From assembly GCA_964487665.1 (NCBI GenBank), contig CAZARR010000001.1:19982-83981 (forward strand): a stretch of DNA of 64,000 nucleotides, in the 5' to 3' direction. Every line of letters starts with the position of its first letter. The first letter of the stretch is position 1. The position numbers and the translations under genes were made by a program. The notes beneath the pieces were generated by a model. That model ran no database searches, was not told where the DNA came from, and worked only from the letters and a program-made list of their open reading frames with translations. This document shows, one piece after another, positions 27,838-38,001 of the stretch. Source of the DNA: an uncultured Pseudomonadales bacterium. Lineage in GTDB: Bacteria > Patescibacteriota > Microgenomatia > UBA1400 > MFAQ01.

Positions 27838-29476
27838 TATACTATTACACCCTTTGTGCGATGGCATCAAACAGAGTGGCTTTCACTACTGCCGTACCCT
27901 TATGGGATACCCGACGGAGGAAGGTAACAAGGCTAAAGGAGCCGATAGGGTCTTATATATCATGGCTAAAAAGTATATCGTAGTGCGCATTGAGCGCGAA
28001 GGTAACGCATTGGTAGCGAACGCAGCCGGTGCTACTAAGGGCTTCTCCAAGGCAGAGGCTCAACGTATGGTGAGTAAGGATTGCATCATGCTGTCGTATG
28101 AAAATGGTAACGAGTACAAGGCGTTGGCGGCGTCTGTGCTCGACGGTACGCATGCGGAGTGTAACAGCAAGCGTGTCGAGTTGTATGGTGAAGGTGATGG
28201 CGTAGGTGAGGAGGTGCCTGTCGATGAGTATGTCCTCGATGTGCCTGTCGAGTGCGACACTGTGGAGAGCGATGCATTCGAGGTTTCTCCTCTTGCCGAC
28301 ACAGCAGATGAGGAAGAGAAAGAGGAGGACGATAACATGGATGCTATTATGGCGCACGTCTACTCGGAGCTGAATGACGACGACCGCAACGTGTTACTGC
28401 ACATCGGTAACGGCATGCTGACGGGTACGTTGGGCTATGTGCATGTGTCCGCTCTGTTCTTCTCGCTGTTCCCCGAGGTGAGCGATAACGTCTTACAGCC
28501 TATGTGGGATAAGCTCATTGAGGAGAACAACCGCATCAAGCTGGAGCGTGAGGTACGCATCGCTAACGAGAAGCGACGTGCCAAGCGCAACGAGCAGATA
28601 GCTAAGGAGGCTGTCGTTACGCTGTGGAAAGAGTTAGAGGCAAAGGGCATACAGCGGTTCCTGCTCGTACCGGAAGCTATCGAGACGGTAGAGAAGAAGG
28701 CTGTCGCCGATGCTATACGTGCTGCTGATGAGGCGGAGATGTGGGCTAACAACGAAAAGAAAGCCAACACCGTCGTGAAGCATGAGCAGAAGAAGGATGC
28801 ACCTGTGCGCGAGAGCAAAGAGAAAGAGGTGGTATATGAGAAAGAGATGCGACTGCCTAAGAAGCAACAGCGTACTCCACGTGTAGAGGAGAGCCGTACC
28901 AACCAGTTGCAGTACCTCACACCGGAATACACACGTACCGAGGAGGAGAGCATGGAGATGATACGCGATGTCGTAGGTGCGTATGATGGCAATGGCTTAG
29001 ATGCCGTCACCGTGATGCTCGCCTTAGGTAAGATGCTTGACACCTCGAAAGAGTATATGTTCCTACTGTTTAACGGCACTAAGGTGACGGCATTGGATAG
29101 ACGTCAGGTGTTGCATATCGTATCCGAGTCAATAGCTTGGTTAGACAGTGATGACGTTGATGGCGGTCGTGAGTGCTTCGGCTGTACTGATAACGACAGC
29201 CTGTGGTTCGTCGCTAAGGAGGCGCGTGATATCGTAGGTCACGGCTCACAGTGGGCTAGAGAGATGATGAACAACGATGCTAAGGTGATATCGTTGTGGA
29301 ACAAGCTCGTTGTGGAACGTGGCTTCTGCATCGGTGAGCTTATCGCCAAGGCGCATGGTGAAGAGAGCCTGTCTGCTAAGCAGGTGCGTAACATAGTGAT
29401 GTTATATAGCAGTGTGTATGCGACGTTGTTCCGTGCCTTAACGAAGGGCAAGAAGGTGAACAAAACGAAAGCGTAA
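27827..29476 (+). CDS. Hypothetical protein (acidic/coiled-coil)
   Basis: 549 aa ORF; true start may be 27962. Confidence 0.75.
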   Translation: MRHDILLHPLCDGIKQSGFHYCRTLMGYPTEEGNKAKGADRVLYIMAKKYIVVRIEREGNALVANAAGATKGFSKAEAQRMVSKDCIMLSYENGNEYKALAASVLDGTHAECNSKRVELYGEGDGVGEEVPVDEYVLDVPVECDTVESDAFEVSPLADTADEEEKEEDDNMDAIMAHVYSELNDDDRNVLLHIGNGMLTGTLGYVHVSALFFSLFPEVSDNVLQPMWDKLIEENNRIKLEREVRIANEKRRAKRNEQIAKEAVVTLWKELEAKGIQRFLLVPEAIETVEKKAVADAIRAADEAEMWANNEKKANTVVKHEQKKDAPVRESKEKEVVYEKEMRLPKKQQRTPRVEESRTNQLQYLTPEYTRTEEESMEMIRDVVGAYDGNGLDAVTVMLALGKMLDTSKEYMFLLFNGTKVTALDRRQVLHIVSESIAWLDSDDVDGGRECFGCTDNDSLWFVAKEARDIVGHGSQWAREMMNNDAKVISLWNKLVVERGFCIGELIAKAHGEESLSAKQVRNIVMLYSSVYATLFRALTKGKKVNKTKA

Positions 29477-29483
29477 CGATGAC

Positions 29484-29527
29484 CGGAGCCTTGGGTGGTA
29501 CTAACATACCGCTCAGGGCTCTTTTAT
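29484..29527 (+). terminator. Intrinsic terminator
   Basis: GAGCCTTGGGTGGTA-CTAACA-TACCGCTCAGGGCTC-TTTTAT. Confidence 0.8.
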
Positions 29528-29547
29528 CCTTCTAAAACAAAGGAGAT

Positions 29548-29706
29548 ATGGCTACATTGACAGTAGATGCAATAGATAGACAATCGGCAATAAGCATAGG
29601 TAACATAGACCTATCGCTGTGCTATAGCGTATCTGATGTAGAGTACGAGATACAGAAGCTACTGGTCGGAAGAGGACGGTGGCAAGATACACGTGTTCCG
29701 CAATGA
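29548..29706 (+). CDS. Small hypothetical protein (52 aa, not in ORF track)
   Basis: AAGGAG RBS; stop coupled to ATG 29703. Confidence 0.55.
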   Translation: MATLTVDAIDRQSAISIGNIDLSLCYSVSDVEYEIQKLLVGRGRWQDTRVPQ

Positions 29707-29963
29707 GTAAGATAAAGCGTATCAAGAACATGACGCTCATCTTGGAGATGGACGACCTTAGTGAGCATGAGCTACACAAGGACCTACATCGCGAGATGAT
29801 GGCGCAGTTCGTGAAGGGTCTTGACGATAGAGCACTGGCAGCCTTCAAGCTCAAGGTAGAGACAGTGAGCAAGCAGACTGCTATGATGTGGATGCAGGCG
29901 GTGCAGGAGATGGAGCTACGTGGCATTATGAAGAAGGTAACAACAAAAGACAAGGAGGCGTGA
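29703..29963 (+). CDS. Hypothetical protein
   Basis: Coupled ORF. Confidence 0.65.
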   Translation: MSKIKRIKNMTLILEMDDLSEHELHKDLHREMMAQFVKGLDDRALAAFKLKVETVSKQTAMMWMQAVQEMELRGIMKKVTTKDKEA

Positions 29964-30478
29964 TGGATATAGCTGAACTGATACGCATAGTATCGCAAGA
30001 AGAAGAGGTCATAGATGAAAGCGTTGGTCTATATTGGCTACGTCAGCAGAGCAGCATCGAGCAGGCATGGAACGACTGCGATAATGCTACGTGGATGTTA
30101 TGGCTCATCTATAAGATGGAGCTACAGATACATGATAAGCGCAAGTGGATATCGTGTAAGGTCGAGATAGCACAATGGGTGATAGACCAAGGGTGGGATA
30201 TGACTGATAAGAGCGCACGTGCATTTGAGACGGCGAAGCGATACGCTAAAGGAGAGGCGACAGAGAAGGAGCTATGTGATGAATACATGGAATCAGCATA
30301 TCATGGTGATGACGGAGGGCATGGCGACTACTTCGCTGCTTTCGCTGTTCGCTTGTCATGGTCCTGTGATGATGTAAGACACAAGTATATCAACACGCAA
30401 GGTAGAGCATCTATAAGCTGTGCAGATATAGTGCGTAAGTACTATGCTGTTGATGACATAATAAAAGCAATGCAATAA
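29963..30478 (+). CDS. Imm5-like helical protein, paralog 3 (no Ala tract)
   Basis: WMLWLIYK..DKRKWISCKVEIA..AKRYAKGEATEKEL..SCADIVRKYY aligns with 19980 and 31900. Confidence 0.75.
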   Translation: MDIAELIRIVSQEEEVIDESVGLYWLRQQSSIEQAWNDCDNATWMLWLIYKMELQIHDKRKWISCKVEIAQWVIDQGWDMTDKSARAFETAKRYAKGEATEKELCDEYMESAYHGDDGGHGDYFAAFAVRLSWSCDDVRHKYINTQGRASISCADIVRKYYAVDDIIKAMQ

Positions 30479-30479
30479 T

Positions 30480-30707
30480 ATGGAAGCAACACACACAGTA
30501 GTAGTCATGTGGGTCTTCGACTGGCTCCACGAGATGATGATAAAGCATAGCATATGGCACACCCCTATCTTAAGTGATGGCAAGGTGGTAGGCTACAACT
30601 ACGGCGTTCACGAGAGCAAGATAGTGAACGGTAAGATGCATAAGTGCCCCGTGTCGCATACCGTCAATGAGATAACTGATGTACCTATCGAGGAGACGAT
30701 ATCATGA
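30480..30707 (+). CDS. Hypothetical protein
   Basis: Coupled ORF. Confidence 0.55.
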   Translation: MEATHTVVVMWVFDWLHEMMIKHSIWHTPILSDGKVVGYNYGVHESKIVNGKMHKCPVSHTVNEITDVPIEETIS

Positions 30708-30940
30708 TAACGGTGGTGATGTTCATATATCGCTTCGTCCTTGGCAATGGCAAGCAGGTCGATGTCAAGGCGGAGAACGAGATAGAAGCGACACAGAAGA
30801 TGATAGAGAGCAGCGATAACGATGAGCAGCAGGTGTACTCACACGAGCACGGCTTCAGACAGTGGACTATGGTCGGCGTGGTAGGGTTCGACACCGTAAC
30901 GCTGCTATGGCTGTTGGGCTATATACCGCTATGGATATAG
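30704..30940 (+). CDS. Hypothetical protein
   Basis: GAGGAG RBS, coupled. Confidence 0.55.
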   Translation: MITVVMFIYRFVLGNGKQVDVKAENEIEATQKMIESSDNDEQQVYSHEHGFRQWTMVGVVGFDTVTLLWLLGYIPLWI

Positions 30941-31359
30941 CACGTTGGCTATCCGACATAAAGGTATGCGATGCAGGTGTTCACTTCGCTATTGAGCACG
31001 AGTACCTGACACCGGAGCAGATGATACTACAGGTGTCAGAGCCGACGTGGATACTATACCTGTACGTTAAGATACACGAGTTAGAGGTCGGTCGTAGCGA
31101 GATGACGGACTATGAGAAGAAGCTCATACGGCACTACATCGCCGACTATCGTGGTCTGATAGCGAGTAAGGTGTTAGGTCTTACCTATATGTCAGGATAT
31201 AACAGCAAGACGATGATGATGTACCTAACGCATCAGCAGAAAGAGGATGCGTGTAAGGTGCTATTAGAGCATCTACAAGACTTCATATTAATAAGAGGGA
31301 GATACCACTATGAAAGACACAAACGAAGTAACTGGGATAGTACAAGTCCCAATAGATAG
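30931..31359 (+). CDS. Hypothetical protein, distant relative of the paralog family N-terminus
   Basis: LSDIKVCDAGVHFA...PTWILYLY resembles L..L.ACD....W....DWMLWY. Confidence 0.55.
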   Translation: MDIARWLSDIKVCDAGVHFAIEHEYLTPEQMILQVSEPTWILYLYVKIHELEVGRSEMTDYEKKLIRHYIADYRGLIASKVLGLTYMSGYNSKTMMMYLTHQQKEDACKVLLEHLQDFILIRGRYHYERHKRSNWDSTSPNR

Positions 31360-31903
31360 CATAGAGCCGAAGGAGCATGATGAACGTCAAGCATGGCTAA
31401 AGGCTTGGCGCTACTGGAGTCAGCACCATAAGCGGTGGGTGGTGATAGGGCATAGCGTTGTCAGCGATAGCGAGGACTATAGTGCTATGTTGGCACGCCT
31501 TGACAGCAAACCTCGCATTGCTACTATGCGGCTGCTCGACCTATGCTACTGGTGCAGCGTAGCAGGTGCCTTACATATCATGCGCGACCAAGTGAAGACG
31601 ATGACAGCGAACACCGTTGCCGATGTGGAGCGGCGGGCACTATGGTATGGTATCATGAACAGAGCATATAGCCATGTCATTGCTATCTGTGGCTGGTACA
31701 TGGAGGAGCATAGACGGTACCGCGAGATGCCGGGCTATGAGCCGCTATCGCTCAAGGAGGACGTATGGCGTGAGCAGCACTACGAGCTATGCGTGCAGAT
31801 GGGTACTCCGATGCCGTACTACACTAAGGATGTAACGCGCAAGACGAGCGACTGCCTACGCCGTATCATGGAGGCATGGGCTAAAGGAGAACAAACAGCA
31901 TGA
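31310..31903 (+). CDS. Hypothetical protein
   Basis: 197 aa, coupled. Confidence 0.7.
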   Translation: MKDTNEVTGIVQVPIDSIEPKEHDERQAWLKAWRYWSQHHKRWVVIGHSVVSDSEDYSAMLARLDSKPRIATMRLLDLCYWCSVAGALHIMRDQVKTMTANTVADVERRALWYGIMNRAYSHVIAICGWYMEEHRRYREMPGYEPLSLKEDVWREQHYELCVQMGTPMPYYTKDVTRKTSDCLRRIMEAWAKGEQTA

Positions 31904-32388
31904 AACAGTTTATAGATAAGCTTACAGAGCTTAAAGCATGTGATGGCAAAGGACAAGCTATGCCATGGGTACGTGAGCAGCCTGATGTAGAGACAGCATA
32001 TAAAGAATGCTATCGTGGCGACTGGATGCTATGGTACATATACTATAGCGATATAGCATTACAGGACAAGCGTAAGTGGATAGGATGTAAGATAGAGATA
32101 GTACGACAGGTGCAGCACTTGATGAAAGACGAGCGTAGCATCAAAGCGTTAGAGGTAGGTGAACGGTATAGTAAGGGTGAAGCAACAGACGAAGAACTGA
32201 AACAAGCTGATGATGATGCTTATGCTGCTTATGTTTATGCTGCTGCTGCTGATACTGCTGCTGCTTATGCTGCTTATACTGCTGTTGCTGCTTATGATGC
32301 TGCATGGGATAAGCCGTTGGCAAAGAGTGCTGACATAGTGCGTAAATGGTATTCTTTGGAGGAAATACTTCATGGACTACAAGGATAG
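31900..32388 (+). CDS. Imm5-like helical-repeat protein, paralog 2
   Basis: High nucleotide identity to 19980-20555 with a shorter NNT Ala tract (about 32206-32304). Confidence 0.75.
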   Translation: MKQFIDKLTELKACDGKGQAMPWVREQPDVETAYKECYRGDWMLWYIYYSDIALQDKRKWIGCKIEIVRQVQHLMKDERSIKALEVGERYSKGEATDEELKQADDDAYAAYVYAAAADTAAAYAAYTAVAAYDAAWDKPLAKSADIVRKWYSLEEILHGLQG

Positions 32389-32884
32389 GCTGAACCTCAA
32401 GGAGAGCCTGCACTGGCTCAACAGCGAGGAGATATACCAAGGCATGGCTGCCTACCTCATGACATGGATACAGCCCGTAGTGGAGCGCATAGAAGACGCT
32501 AAGGGTCATACCTACCTCATTGGTCGCCTCATGGTGCTTGCTTATGAGAAGCGTGATGGCGTTGATGTCCCTGTGCCGCCACGTGAGGTGCCATTCGCCT
32601 TCGAGGTAGGTGAGCTATACGGCTTAGACTACATGGGTGATGGCGTATGGGTCAACGATGAGCAGCGTGCTAAGACGTTGAACATAGCGGTCAGCAGCCA
32701 ACCGATGCAGTATAGGCTACGGATGGCACGTGAGGTGGCGAGTGCTATGATGACACGGCTACTGATGATGATGATGGTACGATACAAGGGTAGCATCGAC
32801 ATGGCGCTAGGTGAGTTCGGCAAGTGGCTGGGCAACAACAGCGGTAAGGTCGAGATGCCCAAGCCTAACGTTACACCACTATGA
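32372..32884 (+). CDS. Hypothetical protein
   Basis: GGAGG RBS. Confidence 0.7.
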   Translation: MDYKDRLNLKESLHWLNSEEIYQGMAAYLMTWIQPVVERIEDAKGHTYLIGRLMVLAYEKRDGVDVPVPPREVPFAFEVGELYGLDYMGDGVWVNDEQRAKTLNIAVSSQPMQYRLRMAREVASAMMTRLLMMMMVRYKGSIDMALGEFGKWLGNNSGKVEMPKPNVTPL

Positions 32885-33192
32885 GAAAGAAGAATGTATC
32901 AAAAGCGAGACGTAACGACAGCAGGTACTACCCTATTAAACAGTATATGCTTAACACTGTTGAGAGGGTGTACCACTTCAAAAGGTTGTCGAGACGTGAT
33001 GCACAGCGTTTAAACATAGATAAAGTCGATGAAGGCATAGACCTTATTGAGATGTTAGAGAAGTGGAACATCGACATAGACCACGAGCACGTCAGCGTAC
33101 AGAGCAGCGGTGAGTGCCGTCGTGGCATAGTGTATAAGCATAAGCGTTTGATGTTGAAGCGCTTTATCGTAGAACAAAACAAGGAGGAATAG
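32881..33192 (+). CDS. Hypothetical protein
   Basis: Coupled ORF. Confidence 0.65.
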   Translation: MRKKNVSKARRNDSRYYPIKQYMLNTVERVYHFKRLSRRDAQRLNIDKVDEGIDLIEMLEKWNIDIDHEHVSVQSSGECRRGIVYKHKRLMLKRFIVEQNKEE

Positions 33193-33193
33193 C

Positions 33194-34096
33194 ATGGGAT
33201 ATAACATTGTAAGAACACCACGTGCCAAACGTATGCGTGCTATGGCAGCACTATCGGCACAGACGAGCAAGCGTGTACGCGGTCGTAAACGGGCATGGGC
33301 GAAGCGTACAGCGATAGCACTGGCGCATAAGATAAAAGGAGCAGCGCGTAGAGTGGTGAACAGCAGACGAGTGAAAGGCACTGTCTTGTTCGCCATTGGC
33401 TGCATAGCTACTATATCATGGAACAGTGGCTCCGTGATACTTGGACGTAGCGAGAACGACGCCTTCATGGATAGCCTCATAGCGGCAAGCATAGAGGCAA
33501 CGAAGGGCGATACGATAGAGATTGATGGTGAGTGCTACTTCTGCCATGTCAAGGACGAGGAGGTGAAGCAGAACAGCAAGAAGGAGTCATATAGCAAGCG
33601 GTGGCTACACCCCGACAGCGCGTATGTCAAGCTGGCATACATGATGGATAGCATACACGGTGTTCCCGCTGCTATCACGTTGGCGCAGGGTATCAAGGAG
33701 ACGGGTGGCGGGCGTAAGACGAGCGGTAAGAACAACTACTGGGGACACAAGCGGGAGCGGTTCACCGACGATGGTATGGAGCAAGGGTCATTCCTTGGCT
33801 ATGACGACTGCCACGATAAGAACGGCAAGGAGATAAAGTGCGAGTTCAACCAGTATAAGACACGCTGGTGGGCTTTCCGGCACCACACCCGTAAGCTACT
33901 CAACCAGTGGGCGCCACATCGCAAGGGCGACAGCATGAAGGAGTGGGCTGACTGCCTATGTAGCGCAAAGCTATACGGTAAGGGCAAGGACTATACCAAC
34001 ATAGGGTGTAACAAGGGCGGTGATGCGGCATACAACAAGCAAATCCTACGCATCATCAAGGACTATAAGCTGGAACGCTTCAACTATAAAAGATGA
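33194..34096 (+). CDS. GH73/glucosaminidase-family peptidoglycan hydrolase with TM anchor
   Basis: HGVPAAITLAQGIKETGGG...NNYWGHK...F..Y and Y...I..II..Y.L..F motifs; basic N-terminus plus TM. Confidence 0.85.
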   Translation: MGYNIVRTPRAKRMRAMAALSAQTSKRVRGRKRAWAKRTAIALAHKIKGAARRVVNSRRVKGTVLFAIGCIATISWNSGSVILGRSENDAFMDSLIAASIEATKGDTIEIDGECYFCHVKDEEVKQNSKKESYSKRWLHPDSAYVKLAYMMDSIHGVPAAITLAQGIKETGGGRKTSGKNNYWGHKRERFTDDGMEQGSFLGYDDCHDKNGKEIKCEFNQYKTRWWAFRHHTRKLLNQWAPHRKGDSMKEWADCLCSAKLYGKGKDYTNIGCNKGGDAAYNKQILRIIKDYKLERFNYKR

Positions 34097-34374
34097 GATG
34101 GGTGGTTGAGCAGACAGATATAGTACCACGCAGCAGACGTAAGAAAGCACAACAAGAGGGTATGTTTAACAACACCCTTGTCATGGTATCTATCGTCGGT
34201 AACGCTGAGTATAGAGGCAGGGTACAAGAGACGATGTACGTCAATGCGTCAGCACTATGTGAGTACGATGCTAAGGTGGAGTGTATCAGCATTGCTCGTG
34301 AGACGATGAGTAGCGTTGATGCACTGATGCAGTTCTGTAATAAACAGGAACAACAACTAAAAGGAGGTCGATAA
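34093..34374 (+). CDS. Hypothetical protein
   Basis: Coupled ORF. Confidence 0.6.
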   Translation: MRWVVEQTDIVPRSRRKKAQQEGMFNNTLVMVSIVGNAEYRGRVQETMYVNASALCEYDAKVECISIARETMSSVDALMQFCNKQEQQLKGGR

Positions 34375-34658
34375 TGCGTAAGACGAAACACCAACGTATG
34401 ATGGACAGAGCACAGTCTATCGTAGAGACAATGATAAAGGACGCCATGCGTAGTGAGCCGACACAAGACTATGTGTATATCCTCATCGAGAAGGCAGGCA
34501 TGCTACGCGATGAAAAGGAACTCGAACGCCTCTTCACCAACGAGGAGTACGATATACGCATCGCTATCGCCGATATACTCGATGCACACATCGGTATCAG
34601 CATGGAGGACGATGACTACAGACCGTACAAGGGAGTTGATGTAGTATGCGAACAGTAG
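34374..34658 (+). CDS. Hypothetical protein
   Basis: AAGGAGG RBS. Confidence 0.65.
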   Translation: MRKTKHQRMMDRAQSIVETMIKDAMRSEPTQDYVYILIEKAGMLRDEKELERLFTNEEYDIRIAIADILDAHIGISMEDDDYRPYKGVDVVCEQ

Positions 34659-35791
34659 AGTTTAAAGGCAAGAGCTATACCTTCGTGCCAAGGGCAGTGG
34701 ACTTCATCTTCATCGGTTCACTGCCCTTTTACTATCTTTACACCTTCATGGAGGTGGTGCGCGACCACATCACTGCCGGCACAGTGCATAAGATAGACGA
34801 CAAGGACTACTACCCTACCCTTGTCGATAAGGTGCGTGAAAAGGCGGAGTACATCAAGGAGTGTAACAAGGCACGACACGATAGCACGATGGACTACATA
34901 GACCACTACTACTACCAAGTGATGGCGGGCGATAGACCAACGATGCACGGCGATATGCTACGTGGCGATGTGGTACGCCGTATGGGTGATAGCAGACAGG
35001 TGACAGCACTACCGGGTAGTAACTATGACAGTGGTCTTGTCATGTTCCAGCGTGTCAGCGAGTACGTCAGCATAACACTACCGCCGCCGGAGAGTTGTAA
35101 GAGTAACCACCCTCACGTCAATGGCAGCCACTACATGCTCGTACTATCCGATAGGCTCGTAGTGCACGTCAATGGTAAGGAGGTGAACAGCATACCGTAC
35201 CCCGGCGATGAGCGCACCCGCTCCTTCATAGAGGAGTACATCGAGATGTATGACATAGACAAGGAGGTCTTCATACAGCCGGAGCAGCACATAGGAGCTA
35301 TCATCGACAGCCTATGGGCATTGAAGCCAAGTGGTGGTAAGAACTGGTTAGGGTACAAGTTCCTACGCTGTGTGGAGCTACTACGACAGTTCGAGTGCCG
35401 CGATAACGGTGTCGAGTACAAGCCTAACGAGATAGGCATAAGCTCCATCGCTATCATGCACGTGGACAACGAGCTACGTCAGGCGTTCGTCAAGGTGGCA
35501 CACGCATGGGTGTCGTACCTTGTGCTCAAGAGCGAGAGTGGTATCGGCGAGGACTACATCAAGGGCTTCGGGTCGTGGTGTGATGAGGCGTATGAGCAGT
35601 GGAAGCTACACGATAGATACCATGAGCTACCCGACTGCAAGGTGAACCTACAGAGCGATAAGACGGTGAGCATGGCTGGCAAGATACGCGATATGATGCA
35701 ACGCATGGCAAGCGATGTTGCTGCTATGACTGATGAGCGCATGGTTGATGTGATAACGATGTGCGGGCTTATAAAAACAAAGGAGATATAA
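34646..35791 (+). CDS. Hypothetical protein
   Basis: 381 aa ORF. Confidence 0.75.
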   Translation: MRTVEFKGKSYTFVPRAVDFIFIGSLPFYYLYTFMEVVRDHITAGTVHKIDDKDYYPTLVDKVREKAEYIKECNKARHDSTMDYIDHYYYQVMAGDRPTMHGDMLRGDVVRRMGDSRQVTALPGSNYDSGLVMFQRVSEYVSITLPPPESCKSNHPHVNGSHYMLVLSDRLVVHVNGKEVNSIPYPGDERTRSFIEEYIEMYDIDKEVFIQPEQHIGAIIDSLWALKPSGGKNWLGYKFLRCVELLRQFECRDNGVEYKPNEIGISSIAIMHVDNELRQAFVKVAHAWVSYLVLKSESGIGEDYIKGFGSWCDEAYEQWKLHDRYHELPDCKVNLQSDKTVSMAGKIRDMMQRMASDVAAMTDERMVDVITMCGLIKTKEI

Positions 35792-35792
35792 T

Positions 35793-36848
35793 ATGGCAAA
35801 GAAAAAGGAGTTCTCACCACACATATCTGACGCTATAAAGGCGCAGTATCCAAAGCTTGAAGAAGCATTAAGCAAGCCACTCACGCCCGATGATGTGGAG
35901 TGGAAGAAACAGATGGTGTACTATGGCAACACAGAGGTGTCGCCTTACGTCACCAACCGCTTCTCGATAGCAGTATTGATGGAAGTGTTCGGGATAGGCA
36001 ACATACAGAACAACTTGCAGCACATACCGGTAAAGGAGACAACAGAGCGGTGGCGAGGTCAGCGTAAGGACAAGGAGTACTACACCGACCAATACGGAAA
36101 GCTGAAAGACAAAGCCGTTGCCGTAGAATGCGAGAAAGAAGAGAAGCATATCACCTACGGGGTGGTTGGTTCTATCCTTGTTCGCGTTGGCAATGAGTGG
36201 ATAACACTATGCGATGGTGCAGAGCAATCAGACATAGAGCCATTCAAGGGAGGTATCAGCAACGCCTTCAAGCGTGCCCTTGTATGGTGGTTCCCGCCTG
36301 TCATGGAGCTATACAGCTATCCAAAGGTTGTCATAGAGGGGGATGTCAAAGATATAAAGGACTACGCCGAACATCTTAGCTCTATCACTGAACTATACAA
36401 CAAAGGCAAGGTTCAGCACTTCCACAAGCTGGTATGTAAGAGCGACGGTATATACTTGCACAACAAAAAGATAAGCGGCAAGAACTATACCGTTGAGCAA
36501 GAAGGAAAAGGAGATGAACCAAAGAACAATGATGAGCTGAAGAAAGAAGAAGCCTCTTTCAGCAGCATAGCAGCCAAGGTGGTAGGTAAGAATATGACCA
36601 TCGAGGCTGACGGTAAGATGTGCAAGGGTGTCGTGATAACGTACAGCAAGAGCATGAAAGATGCTTTCTTTGAGTATTGTAAGCACAATGCCCGCAAGTT
36701 CATCTTCGCTGTCAAGGGGTCTTCCGGTACGTTGCACTTTGCACAGAACGGCGACTCCGTTGTTGTCATAGAGCCCGGTGAGGTGGACTTCTTCGTATCC
36801 AAGTGCTACTTCACGTTGCTTGAGGCGAGCATGAAAGCAACTAAGTGA
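35793..36848 (+). CDS. Sak/Rad52-family single-strand annealing protein
   Basis: LSKPLTPDDVEWK, YVTNR..LMEVFG..N, DGAEQSDIEPFKGGISNAFKRA. Confidence 0.85.
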   Translation: MAKKKEFSPHISDAIKAQYPKLEEALSKPLTPDDVEWKKQMVYYGNTEVSPYVTNRFSIAVLMEVFGIGNIQNNLQHIPVKETTERWRGQRKDKEYYTDQYGKLKDKAVAVECEKEEKHITYGVVGSILVRVGNEWITLCDGAEQSDIEPFKGGISNAFKRALVWWFPPVMELYSYPKVVIEGDVKDIKDYAEHLSSITELYNKGKVQHFHKLVCKSDGIYLHNKKISGKNYTVEQEGKGDEPKNNDELKKEEASFSSIAAKVVGKNMTIEADGKMCKGVVITYSKSMKDAFFEYCKHNARKFIFAVKGSSGTLHFAQNGDSVVVIEPGEVDFFVSKCYFTLLEASMKATK

Positions 36849-37102
36849 TGCACTTCCTACTCGTTATCGTCGTACTATGCTTGGGCGTTGTTGGCATCAT
36901 CGTCATATACGCCCTTGCTATGTACGCACAGACACGGTGGCGGCGACACAGGCTATGTGTGCAACGCGCCCAGATACAAGAGAGCATCAAGCGCATGACC
37001 AAGCGGGCTAAGGAGCTACGCATGGAAGGTCGTATCTTAGAGGCTCGTATGATGGAGACAGAGGTGATAAAGATGAAAAACATATTGGAGGATAGAGTAT
37101 GA
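36845..37102 (+). CDS. Small membrane-anchored coiled-coil protein
   Basis: N-terminal TM. Confidence 0.65.
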   Translation: MMHFLLVIVVLCLGVVGIIVIYALAMYAQTRWRRHRLCVQRAQIQESIKRMTKRAKELRMEGRILEARMMETEVIKMKNILEDRV

Positions 37103-38001
37103 GACACACACCACAAGAGCTAAAGGAGCATGGCTTCTACGGTTACGCAGTTATCGTGTACGCAGGTGAGCCACACGTATTTATAGGTGTACCATGTAAA
37201 GACTTACGCGCAGTCATAAGTGCATACGATGTACAGGTAGTCAATGGATTTCATAAGCCGCAGATGTTATTCTTAGGCAACTATGAAGGCGACAGGGAGT
37301 ATGCTCCACAGTGGACTGACGATGGATATACCTACTGCTCACATGTGATGGCAAGGGTACGAGGGTTCAACGGGTTCCCCGACTTCCTTGTGCACCATAG
37401 CGTCATACAGCACCTCTTCGGACTACAAGAGATGAAGCACTTGAAAGCGGATGTAGTGATGCCTAAGATAGAACGCTTTGTCAACGAGCTTGTCAATGAA
37501 GTACTACAAGAGCAAGTGGAGCAGGTAGTCTATGCACCGGTAGGCACCGTTGACCTTCCTACGACACAGTACGATAAGCGCGAGTACAGCACCGATGCTA
37601 AGAGCACCATTGTCGTTGAAGTCTTAGTAGGTAGCAATGGTATAGGGCTGTTGCAGATAATGAACGCCTTGAAAGAGAAAGGCTACGATAACAAGCGGTA
37701 CGGTGATAAGCCGTTCAAGACACTCATAGAGTTCAATAAGGTACTCAAAGAGGAAGGTCTTATCGACCTTGTTGATAACGGCTTCTATCAACACGTAACA
37801 GACATAGGGCGTAGCTTCGGGCTGCATGACCTGCACTTCCCTAAGAAGAACGCATGGTTCTGGAACCTGTATGATGCTAAGGTAGTCGATATCCTTGGCG
37901 ACATATGGCTCGATGCAGGGCTGATGGTACAAGACGGAGTATACTATAAGCTTGTAGGCGTACAGGAGCACCCTGAAGTGCAAGGAGAGCTACCGATATG
38001 A
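37099..38001 (+). CDS. Hypothetical protein, possible antirepressor (KilAC/ANT-like) C-terminus
   Basis: IGLLQIMNALKEKG...FNKVLKEEGLI...YQ....G.F pattern. Confidence 0.5.
   Translation: MRHTPQELKEHGFYGYAVIVYAGEPHVFIGVPCKDLRAVISAYDVQVVNGFHKPQMLFLGNYEGDREYAPQWTDDGYTYCSHVMARVRGFNGFPDFLVHHSVIQHLFGLQEMKHLKADVVMPKIERFVNELVNEVLQEQVEQVVYAPVGTVDLPTTQYDKREYSTDAKSTIVVEVLVGSNGIGLLQIMNALKEKGYDNKRYGDKPFKTLIEFNKVLKEEGLIDLVDNGFYQHVTDIGRSFGLHDLHFPKKNAWFWNLYDAKVVDILGDIWLDAGLMVQDGVYYKLVGVQEHPEVQGELPI

Noticed and set aside
20286-32304. Diversity-generating retroelement VR/TR pair
   Set aside because: No reverse transcriptase or AAY-rich template in the window; differences are length changes and are not adenine-specific.
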